A stretch of DNA of 64,000 bases, taken from NCBI GenBank assembly GCA_019358935.1, contig JAHHIK010000002.1, positions 1-64,000 on the forward strand, read 5' to 3'. The notes beneath the pieces were generated by a model. That model was not told where the DNA came from. It searched no databases and saw only the letters and a program-made list of their open reading frames with translations. The translations under genes and the position numbers were made by a program. This document shows positions 39,575-50,324 of this stretch, piece after piece (positions within the stretch are counted from its first letter, which is position 1; every line of letters begins with the position of its first letter). Source of the stretch: Tolypothrix carrinoi HA7290-LM1 (GTDB lineage: Bacteria > Cyanobacteriota > Cyanobacteriia > Cyanobacteriales > Nostocaceae).

Positions 39575-39769
39575 ATGGCGCGTAAAGGCGGGAACCCTAA
39601 GATTAAGGATTATGGCTTTACCAGTGATAGAGATGAACCACTAACAGGAAGATTAGCTATCAGAGTTACACAATCTATGCTTGCGAGAGTCAAAGCTTTA
39701 GACAACTATCCAGAGTTCTGCCGTCAAGTTCTAGCTAAAGCATTGGATGAACTTGAAAAAGAAGATTAA
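39575..39769 (+). CDS. small RHH-like DNA-binding protein
   Basis: MARKGGNP...LAIRVTQSMLARVKALDNYPEFCRQVLAKAL shows a beta-helix-helix pattern. Confidence 0.55.
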   Translation: MARKGGNPKIKDYGFTSDRDEPLTGRLAIRVTQSMLARVKALDNYPEFCRQVLAKALDELEKED

Positions 39770-39936
39770 ACAGTATATTTAAAAAAATATCGCTTAAAAG
39801 TCAATAGTCCAGAGTTTTTTGACTATTGACTATTTTGTTGCTTGATATACCAGTGCAATTGAGAGAGCGTGAAAAGTTAGATTCCCGACTTGCTTTAAGT
39901 TGTCGGGAATCAGTTCCACCGCGAATTTTCACGCTT

Positions 39937-40893
39937 TTATCTAGGATTGCTATAGCAGCAACTGCTAGTGAGCGCGATCGCAACTACTTGAGCTGAAGTA
40001 TGAATTAGCTCTAATTCATCTTCTCGCAAAGTGCATGGTTGTTTCCACTGTAGCGACAACACCGCCAAAACTTCCGAGCGGTAAATAATCGGGATAATTA
40101 AGTGTGCTTGTACACCGCTATTTGGATATTGTGTAATACCAGCAAGCTTTTGGTCTTTGAGTACATTTACGGAAACTTGTATTTTCCCCGACGCGATCGC
40201 CTCCGTTGTCAGCGGATCTTGATCTAGCCAATTTTCAATTGTACCTGTATTACTGCAAGTCGCTTGAGTGTTAACAAGAGTATTTTTCTCCACTAATTGC
40301 AAAATGCAGCCATCCGCTGCGAAAGTCTGACTAAAAGCCGTAGCAATTGATGTGAGACTTGCTTCTAAGTTAGGAGTTGTTTGCGTTACTTTCACTAAAA
40401 AAGTCAGCAAGGCAATTTGAGCATGAGCGCGGTGTAGTTCTTCTGTACGTTGCTTGAGCAAGTCGTAAGTTTCTGCGGCTCTTTGCACTACCGCTTTAAG
40501 TTCACCTGGGTCCCAAGGCTTGGTAATATACTTGTAGACTTGTCCGGCGTTAATCGCTTCTACCAAGTCTTCAATATCAGTAAAACCTGTAAGAATTATC
40601 CTGACTGTATCCGGAAACTGTGGTACAGTCTTGCTGAGAAACTCAGTTCCTTTCATTTCTGGCATCCGCTGATCCGAGATGATTACTGCTACTTCCCCAG
40701 ATGCTGCCAAAACTTCTAAAGCGTTGATACCGCTATCGGCTTTCAGTACATGAAAATCACGTCGAAAGGTACGATAAAGCAGATCGAGATTATCTGGCTC
40801 ATCGTCAACTACGAGGATTTTCAGTTTCTTAGGTCGTTCTAAAGTCATCAATTGACGACGGACTTTATCAATTTCTGAAATGGGATTATCCAT
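39937..40893 (-). CDS. response regulator with C-terminal GAF domain
   Basis: LVVDD, ISDQRMP and ITKPW receiver motifs; GAF-like C-terminus (AHLIIPIIYRSEVLAVLSL). Confidence 0.9.
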   Translation of the reverse strand: MDNPISEIDKVRRQLMTLERPKKLKILVVDDEPDNLDLLYRTFRRDFHVLKADSGINALEVLAASGEVAVIISDQRMPEMKGTEFLSKTVPQFPDTVRIILTGFTDIEDLVEAINAGQVYKYITKPWDPGELKAVVQRAAETYDLLKQRTEELHRAHAQIALLTFLVKVTQTTPNLEASLTSIATAFSQTFAADGCILQLVEKNTLVNTQATCSNTGTIENWLDQDPLTTEAIASGKIQVSVNVLKDQKLAGITQYPNSGVQAHLIIPIIYRSEVLAVLSLQWKQPCTLREDELELIHTSAQVVAIALTSSCCYSNPR

Positions 40894-41130
40894 AAGATAA
40901 TTGCTTAAATAGTACCCATATTGTTATATTCCATACTAAGTTTATTTGAAAGTAGCTCAGAAACGTTGCGGAAATTTACGGATGTGATTCCAGGATGTAA
41001 AATGAGACTGTAGTTAGTGCTACATAAAACAAACGAAAATCCGCGTTGATTGCGAACTCCACAAATTGCGTAATTGAAAACAATTAAACCTTAAAATGAT
41101 ATTGGAATCGTGCGCGATTAAGAGCAAATT

Positions 41131-42213
41131 ATGACTGAATTACCACCACTACCTGAAAATTATGACAATGCTGGTGATGCAGCACAAGAGTTGCTGCGAA
41201 AGCTCAGGCAAAAACAAGGCAACTGGGTGGAATGGGGAATGGCGATCGCTCAATTGCAAAAAAGTGGTTACAATCCGCAAGACATTTTTGAAGCTACTGG
41301 TTTTGAACAGATTCAGCAAAATCAAGTAATTGTCGGCGCTCAAGTTTATAATTCTATAGAACAAGCTGGAGCATCACCAGCAGTGCGATCGCATTACAGC
41401 ACACGCGGTAGTGATATTTTATATGAATTGCGTCTGTTAACCCATGAAGAACGCGCTGCTGCTGCCGAACTTACTTTTCAACACCAGGTTGATGCCGACG
41501 AAGCAAAAGAAGTGGCAAAAGCAATAAAAGATTTCTCCCGCTTTCCTACCTTACCGGATGGGTTTTCTAATCATCCAGGGGATGCAGTTGCTTATCAATC
41601 TTGGAAACTTGCCCGTCAATACTCAGATTTACAAGAGCGATCGCGTCTAATTGCCAAAGGTTTACGCTTTGCTTACTCGCCAACTGCGAGAAAGCAAATA
41701 GAACAATTATTAACTGATTTTACTGTTGTTCCTAAACGTCCCGCGCCAATTTTACCCTTTTTCCGGCTTGAATCTGAAGAAGAATTACCGCGCCTCGTGC
41801 CCGTAGCGGGTGAATTGCCATTAAAAACGCAAGATTTGCAAGCTGTTCCTATAGTCGAACAAATTGAACCATTTCGCATGGTAAAATTTGCCGGAGAACA
41901 AGCTTGGGTACCTTTACCAGGTTGGCAAGTAGTGTTAGGTGCATCCGATCCAGTAGTAATTTTATGTCAAAGCGATCGCCTGCCCAACCAAACACAACCG
42001 AAATCAGAAACAGTTTTAGTAGTTTGCGATCGCTCAGTCCAAGAATGGGATGATGGCAGCTACTTTGTGGTTGACAACGCCGGCGAACTTGATTTTCAAT
42101 GGTTTGAAAGCGCACCCTCAATTCCTCTGCTGGGTCGAATTGTTGTTGTAGTTCGTCCGAAGAAAATCCTGGATGAAGAAATAATCAAGGATTCCTGGCA
42201 AATAGACGAATGA
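41131..42213 (+). CDS. raf1: RuBisCO accumulation factor 1
   Basis: WVEWG, IFEATGFE..QQNQ, GSDILYELR, HPGDAVAY, WVPLPGW and C-terminal WQIDE. Confidence 0.92.
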   Translation: MTELPPLPENYDNAGDAAQELLRKLRQKQGNWVEWGMAIAQLQKSGYNPQDIFEATGFEQIQQNQVIVGAQVYNSIEQAGASPAVRSHYSTRGSDILYELRLLTHEERAAAAELTFQHQVDADEAKEVAKAIKDFSRFPTLPDGFSNHPGDAVAYQSWKLARQYSDLQERSRLIAKGLRFAYSPTARKQIEQLLTDFTVVPKRPAPILPFFRLESEEELPRLVPVAGELPLKTQDLQAVPIVEQIEPFRMVKFAGEQAWVPLPGWQVVLGASDPVVILCQSDRLPNQTQPKSETVLVVCDRSVQEWDDGSYFVVDNAGELDFQWFESAPSIPLLGRIVVVVRPKKILDEEIIKDSWQIDE

Positions 42214-42230
42214 AAAAGTTAGGAGGAGCG

Positions 42231-42260
42231 GTAGAGACGTTCGGTCCGGAACGTCTGTAC
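42231..42260. repeat. REP-like palindrome (second copy at 47453-47481)
   Basis: GTAGAGACGTTC...GAACGTCT(G/C)TAC downstream of raf1 and of the helicase gene. Confidence 0.65.
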
Positions 42261-42385
42261 ACGAGTAGCAAAGGCGCGGAGTAAGAGTTATTTGTTGCTA
42301 AATCTAGTATGATTACCACAGAGCCTTTTTGCTACCAAAGCAAAGAATTTAGATAAATTGAGAAATTGCTCTGCAAAAGCAAGTT

Positions 42386-42931
42386 ATGCAAAACTCAGGC
42401 AGATTACCAACAATAGGTTTAGGTTTAGAGCTTTTTCATGTTCAAACTGACACTTCTTTCGCGTTGCTACCAAATTTAACTACAATTCGCATTGGCAAAC
42501 CAAAAAGTCACTTTTTAGGAGATATCAATGTCTCCGATTTGCCAAATGCCAATTTTGTTTCACGCAATCATGCAGAAATTCAAATAGAAAAAAACATTTA
42601 TTATCTTGTAGATGTGGGAAGCTCTAATGGTACATTTCTCAACAACATCAGGTTAGAAGAAAAAAAGCGTTATCGGCTCAATTTAGGAGATAAAATAGAT
42701 TTAGGTCCGGGAAGTAAAGTCACATTTTTATTTCTCAGTAAACAAAAAGTAGCTCCCGAACCTCCTACCTCACTGAATAATCCAGGTACAGTCATTCAGC
42801 TTGAATTTGGGGAGACGAACGCAAAAGCAACTCTCAAAGAGAGTTTAAGCAAGTTTTTCCGCATATTTGGGAACATCTTGAATTATACTTGGCGATCGCT
42901 CAAAAAATTATTCAAGAAATTACGTCCCTAA
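42386..42931 (+). CDS. FHA domain protein
   Basis: IRIGK, VSRNHA and DVGSSNGTFLN. Confidence 0.88.
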   Translation: MQNSGRLPTIGLGLELFHVQTDTSFALLPNLTTIRIGKPKSHFLGDINVSDLPNANFVSRNHAEIQIEKNIYYLVDVGSSNGTFLNNIRLEEKKRYRLNLGDKIDLGPGSKVTFLFLSKQKVAPEPPTSLNNPGTVIQLEFGETNAKATLKESLSKFFRIFGNILNYTWRSLKKLFKKLRP

Positions 42932-43054
42932 CCTGTAATCTCACCCGTAGTGAGCGGTTCACCCTTCGGGTTCTGAAGTCGCTCATGGGGGTAACGAACA
43001 TGACCGCGCTGGCTCACCGCTCAAAGCAAAAATTTTAAGGGATAGACCCGCTTA

Positions 43055-44764
43055 CTACATACAGCGATACAATTGATAAGGCACTCCGATACGGTAATGC
43101 TGCGTAGAATCAATTGTGCAATTGAACCGAGACATTACTATCTGCGGTGGATAATCTCGTCGTTTTATTCCCGGTGCAATAACCCATAAATTCATTTTAG
43201 AAATTGCGGGTGCAGGTAGTTGAGAAAGTTGTTGCCAAACAGAAAGTTCTTGCGAGTTCTTAAAAAAAGCAAATTTATCTAACTTTTCGCTCTTGATAAT
43301 CTTTCTAACTTTTTCCACTTCTAAAGCAAAACTTAAACCCAAAGCCACATCTTGATAATCTCTATATGCCATAACAACCATCAGCGGTACAGCAGGATTT
43401 TGGTTGATATGACGAGCAACTTGCTCTGGCTTGAAAGGCTTTTCAAACACTAAGTTAGAAACAACAAAAATAGAACTAAAAACGCCAACCAATAAAAAAA
43501 TTAATAAATTTTTACTTTGTAATTTTGCGGAAAGTTGGCGGTTGCCTGTACCGTCCCGCCAAACTTTCCAAGACGAATTTTGACTTTTACTAAGGCTAGC
43601 TGCTATTAAAGCGCAGAAACTCGGATAATAAACGAAATTGTAACGCGGAACAATAGTAATATCTTTATTCAAAAAATAAACAATAGCAAAGAATTCTAAC
43701 AACACCCAACCAGAAAAACTTAAAAGCGTTAATGTAGCTAAATGAGTTTTTGGTGTACCCCACAAAAGCCTTAAACCTAGAAAGATTTGCCGTCCTACCC
43801 AAATAGCAAACATCAACATTAACAAACCAGAGATAATTGCTATTGGTAAAGGCTGATTTTCAACAGGTAAACTAATCACCATCAACACCCAATTAATCAA
43901 AGTTTGATAAAAAGGAGCGATGTGTGCAGGAGAATTCAGCCAATCAGTTTCCGAACGATGAAAATGACTCAGCGTCACCATAAACCAAGGAATAAAGCTA
44001 ATCGCAACAGCACTAATAGATAGAATTAAGGCAAACCAGATTTGACGCTTAAGCTTGATAGACTTAGCGTATAGGGGATAATATATAAGTAAAATTAACG
44101 TTGCTATCTGAGCGAGAAATGCCAGAACACAAAAGTAGTGTACATAAAGAGCTATAATATTAATAATTGCCCATCTGAACCAAACCCAAAATCTAACTTT
44201 TTGTTTTTGAAAGATGTCTTGTTGAATTTGCATTAACCCCAATAACCCTAAAGTGATCAAGAGCATGGGCAAAGTGTAATGTCGTGCTTCTTGGGATAGG
44301 TAAACAGCAAAAGGTGAGACTGCCATTACAGCTGCTGCCGTTAAACCAGATGTTTTAGAAAAGGCGAGATTAACAGCATAAATTGCGGCGATCGCTCCCA
44401 CACCAAATAAAGCCGGAAGCTCGCGCAATTTTTCCACCCACTCTTGCCCTAATGGACTCAGCCACCCCAACCAAGCGTGCATAGAGCAAAAAAACAGCGG
44501 TGGATGCGTAGATTGTCGGGCAATATTTTCAGCAATTTCCGCACAGCTAACTTTCGGCTGATAAGTAAAAATCTCCTGCACTCGCTCAAGAGGAAACACC
44601 ACATCTAAAGGCAAATCATTATAACTTTTGCCCAAGCTGAAGATGGCAGTAATCACCTCATCCATCCACAGCGGTTTTAAATCCAAATGCCAAAAGCGCA
44701 AAATTGCGCCAAGAGCGATCGCGCCAATTAAAATTAGATAATGTATGCAAACACGTTTTTTCAT
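43055..44764 (-). CDS. GT39/PMT-like polytopic glycosyltransferase
   Basis: LW.DE, HPPLFF and SQEARHY motifs; many TM helices. Confidence 0.85.
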   Translation of the reverse strand: MKKRVCIHYLILIGAIALGAILRFWHLDLKPLWMDEVITAIFSLGKSYNDLPLDVVFPLERVQEIFTYQPKVSCAEIAENIARQSTHPPLFFCSMHAWLGWLSPLGQEWVEKLRELPALFGVGAIAAIYAVNLAFSKTSGLTAAAVMAVSPFAVYLSQEARHYTLPMLLITLGLLGLMQIQQDIFQKQKVRFWVWFRWAIINIIALYVHYFCVLAFLAQIATLILLIYYPLYAKSIKLKRQIWFALILSISAVAISFIPWFMVTLSHFHRSETDWLNSPAHIAPFYQTLINWVLMVISLPVENQPLPIAIISGLLMLMFAIWVGRQIFLGLRLLWGTPKTHLATLTLLSFSGWVLLEFFAIVYFLNKDITIVPRYNFVYYPSFCALIAASLSKSQNSSWKVWRDGTGNRQLSAKLQSKNLLIFLLVGVFSSIFVVSNLVFEKPFKPEQVARHINQNPAVPLMVVMAYRDYQDVALGLSFALEVEKVRKIIKSEKLDKFAFFKNSQELSVWQQLSQLPAPAISKMNLWVIAPGIKRRDYPPQIVMSRFNCTIDSTQHYRIGVPYQLYRCM

Positions 44765-44784
44765 TATTTAGCTATTAATAAAGA

Positions 44785-44914
44785 TTGGGTAATGGGTAAT
44801 GGGTAATGGGTAATGGGTAATAACTTTTCTCATTAGCAATTCCCAATTCCCAATTCCCAATTACCAATGCCCAATTACCAATTCCCAATTACCAATTCCC
44901 AATTACCAATTCCC
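44785..44914. repeat. STRR tract
   Basis: (ATGGGTA)n followed by (CCAATTC/CCAATTA)n. Confidence 0.9.
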
Positions 44915-44919
44915 CTTTG

Positions 44920-47451
44920 ATGTCAGACACTAATTTTACCGATCCGGTGCCTCACGAATCTGAAAAAGAAATATCTCCGCAATCAGCTTCTTCGGTGCGG
45001 GAAACCGCTGTAGCACTTATCCGCAACAGTTTGCGACTAGGACAACAACAAATGGCTGACTGGCGTTTTGGTCCTTTAGCTGTTTCCGCAGTTCCCGGTG
45101 CTGGGAAATCTACAGGTATGGCAGCGACTGCGGCGATCGCGATCGCTCGTCAATATGAATCTGCCAATCGCATAAAAGCGCGTCGTCAACTAATTGTAGT
45201 CACCTTTACTCGCTCTGCGGCTGCCAATATTAAAGCGAAAATTCGCGAATATTTAAGAGACAATTTATCTCTACCTCAAACAGGTTTTACTGTCTATACC
45301 TTGCACGGTTTGGCATTAAACATCGCAAGTCGTCATGCCGATTTATCCGGTTTGCAACTAGAACATGTCACATTAATTACACCAAGTCAAAGTCACCGTT
45401 TTATACGTACCGCCGTAGAACAATGGATTGGCAATAATTCTGACCGTTATTTCCGATTGTTGGAAGGTCATCAATTTGACGGGGAAGAAACAGAAAGATT
45501 GCGTCGCCAATCAGTGCTGCGAACCGAAGTATTGCCAGAATTGGCGCTGACAGTGATTCACGAAGCAAAAAGTTCCGGTATATCCCCAGAACAGTTGCGC
45601 GAGTGGAGTAAACAAACCACAGATGAATACGCTATTTTGAGCGTAGCCGCCGGATTATATGAACAATATCAGAATTTAATGCGATCGCGTGACTTCATCG
45701 ACTACGACGACATGATTTTAGCCGCCTTGCGCGTCTTAGAAAACGACAGCGCCAGACGAATCGAGCAAAATCAAGTTTTCGCCGTCTTTGAAGACGAAGC
45801 TCAAGATTCCAGCCCCTTGCAGACGAAGCTTTTAGAAATTTTGGCAAGCGGCGCGGAGGAGGGGGAGATGGGGAGATGGGGAGATGGGGGGACAAGGGGA
45901 CAAGGGGGGCAAGGGGGACAAGGGGGACAAGGGGGAGAGGAAATTACCAATGCCCAATTACCAATGCCCAATTACCCATTCCCAATTACCCATTCCCAAT
46001 TACCCATTCCCAATTCCCCCAAAATCAACTTGGTACGTGTCGGCGATCCTAACCAAGCGATTAACTCTAGCTTTACCCCAGCCGATCCAATTTATTTTCG
46101 GCAATTTTGCGAAGAGTGCAAAGCGCAAGACAGACTCGTAACAATGTATCAGGCTGGTCGCAGTAGTGAAATTATCATTGAAGCGGCAAACTTTGCTTTG
46201 GAATGGGTGAATAATCTTTATAAAAAGGATTTAACTAAAAATAATGCAAATAATCGGATTTCCACAACTCCATTTAGACCGCAAACAATTTACCCCGTTG
46301 AACCGAATCATCGCCAAGATGATGTTAATCCACAACCAATCGGTAGGGGATTAGAACTTTACACCCCACGCGATATTCATCACACCGTAGAGTTACTTTC
46401 TCAAAGGGTAATTCAGTTATTTGCCGAAGATCCAACGAATACCCGTGCGGCAGTGTTAGTCCGGGAAAATCGGCAAGGACGCTGGTTAGCTGAAGCGCTT
46501 GCCCCTGTGTGCAAAGAGCATCAAATTGTACTTTACGATGTGGGAGAACGCGATCGCCATTCTCATGTCCCAGAAGATATTTTGGCAATACTGCAATTTT
46601 GCGATCGCCCGCATTCCCCCGATTACTTGAAAGCTGCCTTAGAAGTCTTGGTACAGCGTCAATTAGTCCCCACACAAGACCTGAACGCCCTCGCGAGTCT
46701 TCCCGAAGAATTTCTCTATCCAGGTCCGTTGGCGTCACCGCAAACAGAATCGGTGCAAAAAGCCTGCCGCTTGTGTCGGAGTTTACTTCGCGCTCGTTTA
46801 GAACTGCCTTTATATCAGCTAATTTCCTTCATCGCTTTGGTGTTAAATTACGACCAAGCCGAACTCGCGACAGCAGACAAACTTGCAGAAAGGGTAAATC
46901 GGCAAATAGCTGGTAATAGTTCAATGGGGACGATGCTGGCAGCTTTAAGTGAAATCGTCAGTTCCGAACGATTTGAACCTGTGGAAACCGAAGATGTAGA
47001 AGCGCGTTACACTCGTCGCGGTCAACTTACCATCATCACCATGCACAAAGCAAAAGGACTAGATTGGGACTTTGTTTTTCTGCCCTTTTTGCACGAAAAC
47101 TTAATTCCCGGTAGATTTTGGGTTCCTCCCCAAAGGCAGTTTTTAGGCGACTTTACTTTATCAGAAGTTGCTCGCGCCCAAATTCGCGCCGCCCTCCACG
47201 GTGAAGAAAGCATACCCAGCACCACCGCTGCTTGGGAGCAGGCAAAACACCTGAAAACTGCTGAGGAATACCGTTTATTATATGTCGCCATGACGCGGGC
47301 AAAGCGTTTGTTGTGGATGTCTGCCGCCCAAAAAGCGCCATTTACCTGGAGTAAGCCGGATAATTTACAACAACAAGCTGCATGTCCGGTTTTTCCGGCG
47401 TTAAAGCAGCAGTTTCCTGAATGTATGATGGTAACAACAGTATTCAAATAA
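44920..47451 (+). CDS. UvrD/REP family ATP-dependent helicase
   Basis: AVPGAGKS, VTFTRSAA, DEAQD, VGDPNQ, TMHKAKGLDW and LLYVAMTRAK. Confidence 0.93.
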   Translation: MSDTNFTDPVPHESEKEISPQSASSVRETAVALIRNSLRLGQQQMADWRFGPLAVSAVPGAGKSTGMAATAAIAIARQYESANRIKARRQLIVVTFTRSAAANIKAKIREYLRDNLSLPQTGFTVYTLHGLALNIASRHADLSGLQLEHVTLITPSQSHRFIRTAVEQWIGNNSDRYFRLLEGHQFDGEETERLRRQSVLRTEVLPELALTVIHEAKSSGISPEQLREWSKQTTDEYAILSVAAGLYEQYQNLMRSRDFIDYDDMILAALRVLENDSARRIEQNQVFAVFEDEAQDSSPLQTKLLEILASGAEEGEMGRWGDGGTRGQGGQGGQGGQGGEEITNAQLPMPNYPFPITHSQLPIPNSPKINLVRVGDPNQAINSSFTPADPIYFRQFCEECKAQDRLVTMYQAGRSSEIIIEAANFALEWVNNLYKKDLTKNNANNRISTTPFRPQTIYPVEPNHRQDDVNPQPIGRGLELYTPRDIHHTVELLSQRVIQLFAEDPTNTRAAVLVRENRQGRWLAEALAPVCKEHQIVLYDVGERDRHSHVPEDILAILQFCDRPHSPDYLKAALEVLVQRQLVPTQDLNALASLPEEFLYPGPLASPQTESVQKACRLCRSLLRARLELPLYQLISFIALVLNYDQAELATADKLAERVNRQIAGNSSMGTMLAALSEIVSSERFEPVETEDVEARYTRRGQLTIITMHKAKGLDWDFVFLPFLHENLIPGRFWVPPQRQFLGDFTLSEVARAQIRAALHGEESIPSTTAAWEQAKHLKTAEEYRLLYVAMTRAKRLLWMSAAQKAPFTWSKPDNLQQQAACPVFPALKQQFPECMMVTTVFK

Positions 47452-47638
47452 GTAGAGACGTTCCAAACCGAACGTCTCTACGAGAGTTTTGTCAACCCCA
47501 AAAATGCATAAGTTAATTAAATTTACGCCTATTAAGAATTACAGCGAGATTCGTTGATAACTTCCTCAAAGATGATATCTTATAGTTGCCATATATACCA
47601 CTTTTGATAGATGTAGGAACCGCATTAAAGGAGCAGTT

Positions 47639-48046
47639 ATGAAATTAAGCACCGATAGAGAATACTTGTACTATTTGCCAAACGCCAGTTTAACCCTCAG
47701 ACTGATTCAACATCTGCACGCCAAACCGGAAATACCCGTTTTCTGTGTGACGATAATTCATGAAATTGATGGCTGGTTAGTGCGAATCAAGCTAAATAGT
47801 CAGATTACGCCTTTGGAATCTGGAAATCTTCGAGCTTTTTTAAATGAATTAGGAATTAGCTACGAGCCGCAAAAGCGTTTGCAGATGGCATTTCTAAGTT
47901 TAGAATCTGGGCAGTGTCCTGTAAAAACGATGCGTCGCTACCAAATATCGATTGTCTCTCACGGTAGCCCTAATAAAGAGGAAATTGAGGCGTTTCGGGA
48001 GCAGTTTGTCAAAAAATTAGGCTATTGCCCGCAAACTCTGGTGTAA
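47639..48046 (+). CDS. hypothetical protein
   Basis: AAAGGAG RBS; 135 aa open frame; no recognised motif. Confidence 0.75.
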   Translation: MKLSTDREYLYYLPNASLTLRLIQHLHAKPEIPVFCVTIIHEIDGWLVRIKLNSQITPLESGNLRAFLNELGISYEPQKRLQMAFLSLESGQCPVKTMRRYQISIVSHGSPNKEEIEAFREQFVKKLGYCPQTLV

Positions 48047-48220
48047 ACCAATCGATTTTTGATTTCTTTTGCCTTGGAAAAAAATTATAGGTTTGCGCGG
48101 TATTATTTGCATCATACTTAAGATATAGATTTTTTGACTTGGGAAGAAAATTTGTAGATTTCTTTGGCGTTGACGCAAGGTGTTTAAGACAAGCGAACGC
48201 TCTCAATTTCACGTACACTG

Positions 48221-48838
48221 TTACAATTTATGAATCAAGCTGGCGGTAACGACTTGCTCGACTGTTACCGCTAGTTCTGGAAAAGTCTGTGAGATAATGC
48301 GATCGGATTCCTTATATTGTTGAACTTGATATTGACCATCAATTAACTGGTAAACAAAAACCGAGGGAACTTTGGGATTACCAAGATAATTGCGGGAGGC
48401 TATGGCTAAATAATCAACAATCCAATACTCAGCAATACCCAGACGTTGATACTCGTCTAACTTATCAACGTAATCATCTTCCCAATTAGTTGATACCACT
48501 TCTACAGCAAGTTGGATCGGTTCAGTTAAAGCGCCATATGCTAGTACATTTGCGTTCCACACAGAAGCAATAACTACACCCACATCAGGGTTTCTACCTT
48601 GTTCTCTCCCCTGAGCCGTTTTAGTTCTGAAGACTATATCCTTATCAACAATGTAATCTAGTTCTAAGCGTCTAATTTCATCATTGAAACTAAACATTAA
48701 AAATCTTGCTACATTCTTATCTGCTCTAGTAGCCTGTACTTGAACCAGATCGCCATTCACAAGTTCAAAGATACCATAGCCATCTGGGTACTGGGCAAGA
48801 AATTCCTCAAAAGTCAGCTTCTTGTTGGTGGTGAGCAT
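48221..48838 (-). CDS. Uma2 family endonuclease
   Basis: LTFEEFL, ELVNG, PDV, AVEVVSTNW.DDY and GIAEYWIVD. Confidence 0.92.
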   Translation of the reverse strand: MLTTNKKLTFEEFLAQYPDGYGIFELVNGDLVQVQATRADKNVARFLMFSFNDEIRRLELDYIVDKDIVFRTKTAQGREQGRNPDVGVVIASVWNANVLAYGALTEPIQLAVEVVSTNWEDDYVDKLDEYQRLGIAEYWIVDYLAIASRNYLGNPKVPSVFVYQLIDGQYQVQQYKESDRIISQTFPELAVTVEQVVTASLIHKL

Positions 48839-48918
48839 AAAACTTCCGCGCTATTATAATTAGTTCAATTTATTTCTTTTAGCTTATAATTAGGGATCGT
48901 GTCGAATTAAGTTAGTTT

Positions 48919-49116
48919 ATGCCCAAACTAAAAACCCGTAAAGCAGCGGCGAAACGATTCCGCGTTACCGCTACAGGTAAAATTATGCGTCGCAAAGCCT
49001 TTAAGAATCACCTTCTACAGCACAAAACTGCGAGCAAAAAGCAGAAATTGTCGAAGATGGCAGTTGTAGACGAACGCGATGCTGAAAATGTACGCTTAAT
49101 GCTTCCCTATTTGTAA
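48919..49116 (+). CDS. rpmI: 50S ribosomal protein L35
   Basis: [14 protein letters not shown]... Confidence 0.98.
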   Translation: MPKLKTRKAAAKRFRVTATGKIMRRKAFKNHLLQHKTASKKQKLSKMAVVDERDAENVRLMLPYL

Positions 49117-49135
49117 ATTAATCCAAAATTAAACA

Positions 49136-49492
49136 ATGACAAGAGTAAAACGCGGTAACGTAGCTCGTAAACGCCGCAAAAAAATTCTCAAACTAGCCAA
49201 AGGCTTTCGCGGTTCTCACTCAACTTTGTTTAGAACCGCTAATCAACAAGTGATGAAAGCGCTGCGGAGTGCTTATCGCGATCGCAAAAACCGCAAACGC
49301 GATTTTCGTCGTCTGTGGATCACCCGCATTAACGCTGCTGCACGCCTACACGGTTTGAGTTACAGTCAGTTGATGGGCAATCTCAAAAAAGCCAACATCG
49401 AACTCAATCGCAAAATGTTAGCGCAAATGGCAGTCCTCGATCCGGCAGGTTTCAGCAAAGTTGCTGAATTAGCCAGCCAAGCAAAGGGATAA
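49136..49492 (+). CDS. rplT: 50S ribosomal protein L20
   Basis: MTRVKRG...AKGFRG...[14 protein letters not shown]. Confidence 0.98.
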   Translation: MTRVKRGNVARKRRKKILKLAKGFRGSHSTLFRTANQQVMKALRSAYRDRKNRKRDFRRLWITRINAAARLHGLSYSQLMGNLKKANIELNRKMLAQMAVLDPAGFSKVAELASQAKG

Positions 49493-49494
49493 AG

Positions 49495-50319
49495 ATGCAA
49501 CGGATGAATAACGGATGTAACAGATGGAAAGCAATTACTCAGTTACATCTGGTATTATCCGCTACTTTAATTTTTTTGTTGAGCTTTTGTTTTGCAGACA
49601 GCCAATTAACTGCAAATGCGGCAGAAATGCCAGAAATTCAGCAGCGCGGGTACTTAAAAGTTGCGGTTAAAAATAATTTACGTCCGCTAGGATTTACTGA
49701 TGTCAGCGGCAAACTGCAAGGTTTAGAAATTGATTTAGCGAAAGCCTTAGCGCAAGACTTATTAGGCAAAGAAAACGCAGTCAAGTTAAAACCTACAAGC
49801 AATCGCGATCGCATGACTGTAGTTTTAAATAATCAAGTTGATCTGACTATAGCCAGAGTCACAGCAACTTCTTCACGCTCTCGTTTAGTTAGCTTCAGTG
49901 TTCCCTACTATTTTGATGGGACTGTATTACTTACCAAAGATGCTTCAGCGCAACGGCTTGCGGATTTTGCCAGACGGAAAATAGCCGTTTTGAAAAAGTC
50001 TAGCACGATTGCGGAAGTTAAATATTATATACCAAATGCGGAGTTAGTGGGAGTGAATTCTTACGAAGAAGCGCGATCGCTTTTAGAAAAGAATACCGCA
50101 GATGCTTTTGCCGCAGATGCCAGCGTCCTCAGCGGTTGGGTGCAACAATATCCCGAATATCGCTTACTTTCAACCAAACTATCAACACAACCCTTATCGG
50201 TAGTAATGCCCAAGGGATTGCAGTACGATGAATTGCGACAGCGAGTAAATGAAGCGATCGCTCGTTACATAGCTAATGGTTGGGTTACTGAACGCGTAAA
50301 ATACTGGGGATTACCCTAA
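49495..50319 (+). CDS. polar amino-acid ABC transporter substrate-binding protein
   Basis: Signal-like N-terminus, GLEIDLA and FSVPYY (SBP family 3 pattern). Confidence 0.88.
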   Translation: MQRMNNGCNRWKAITQLHLVLSATLIFLLSFCFADSQLTANAAEMPEIQQRGYLKVAVKNNLRPLGFTDVSGKLQGLEIDLAKALAQDLLGKENAVKLKPTSNRDRMTVVLNNQVDLTIARVTATSSRSRLVSFSVPYYFDGTVLLTKDASAQRLADFARRKIAVLKKSSTIAEVKYYIPNAELVGVNSYEEARSLLEKNTADAFAADASVLSGWVQQYPEYRLLSTKLSTQPLSVVMPKGLQYDELRQRVNEAIARYIANGWVTERVKYWGLP

Positions 50320-50324
50320 ATTAG

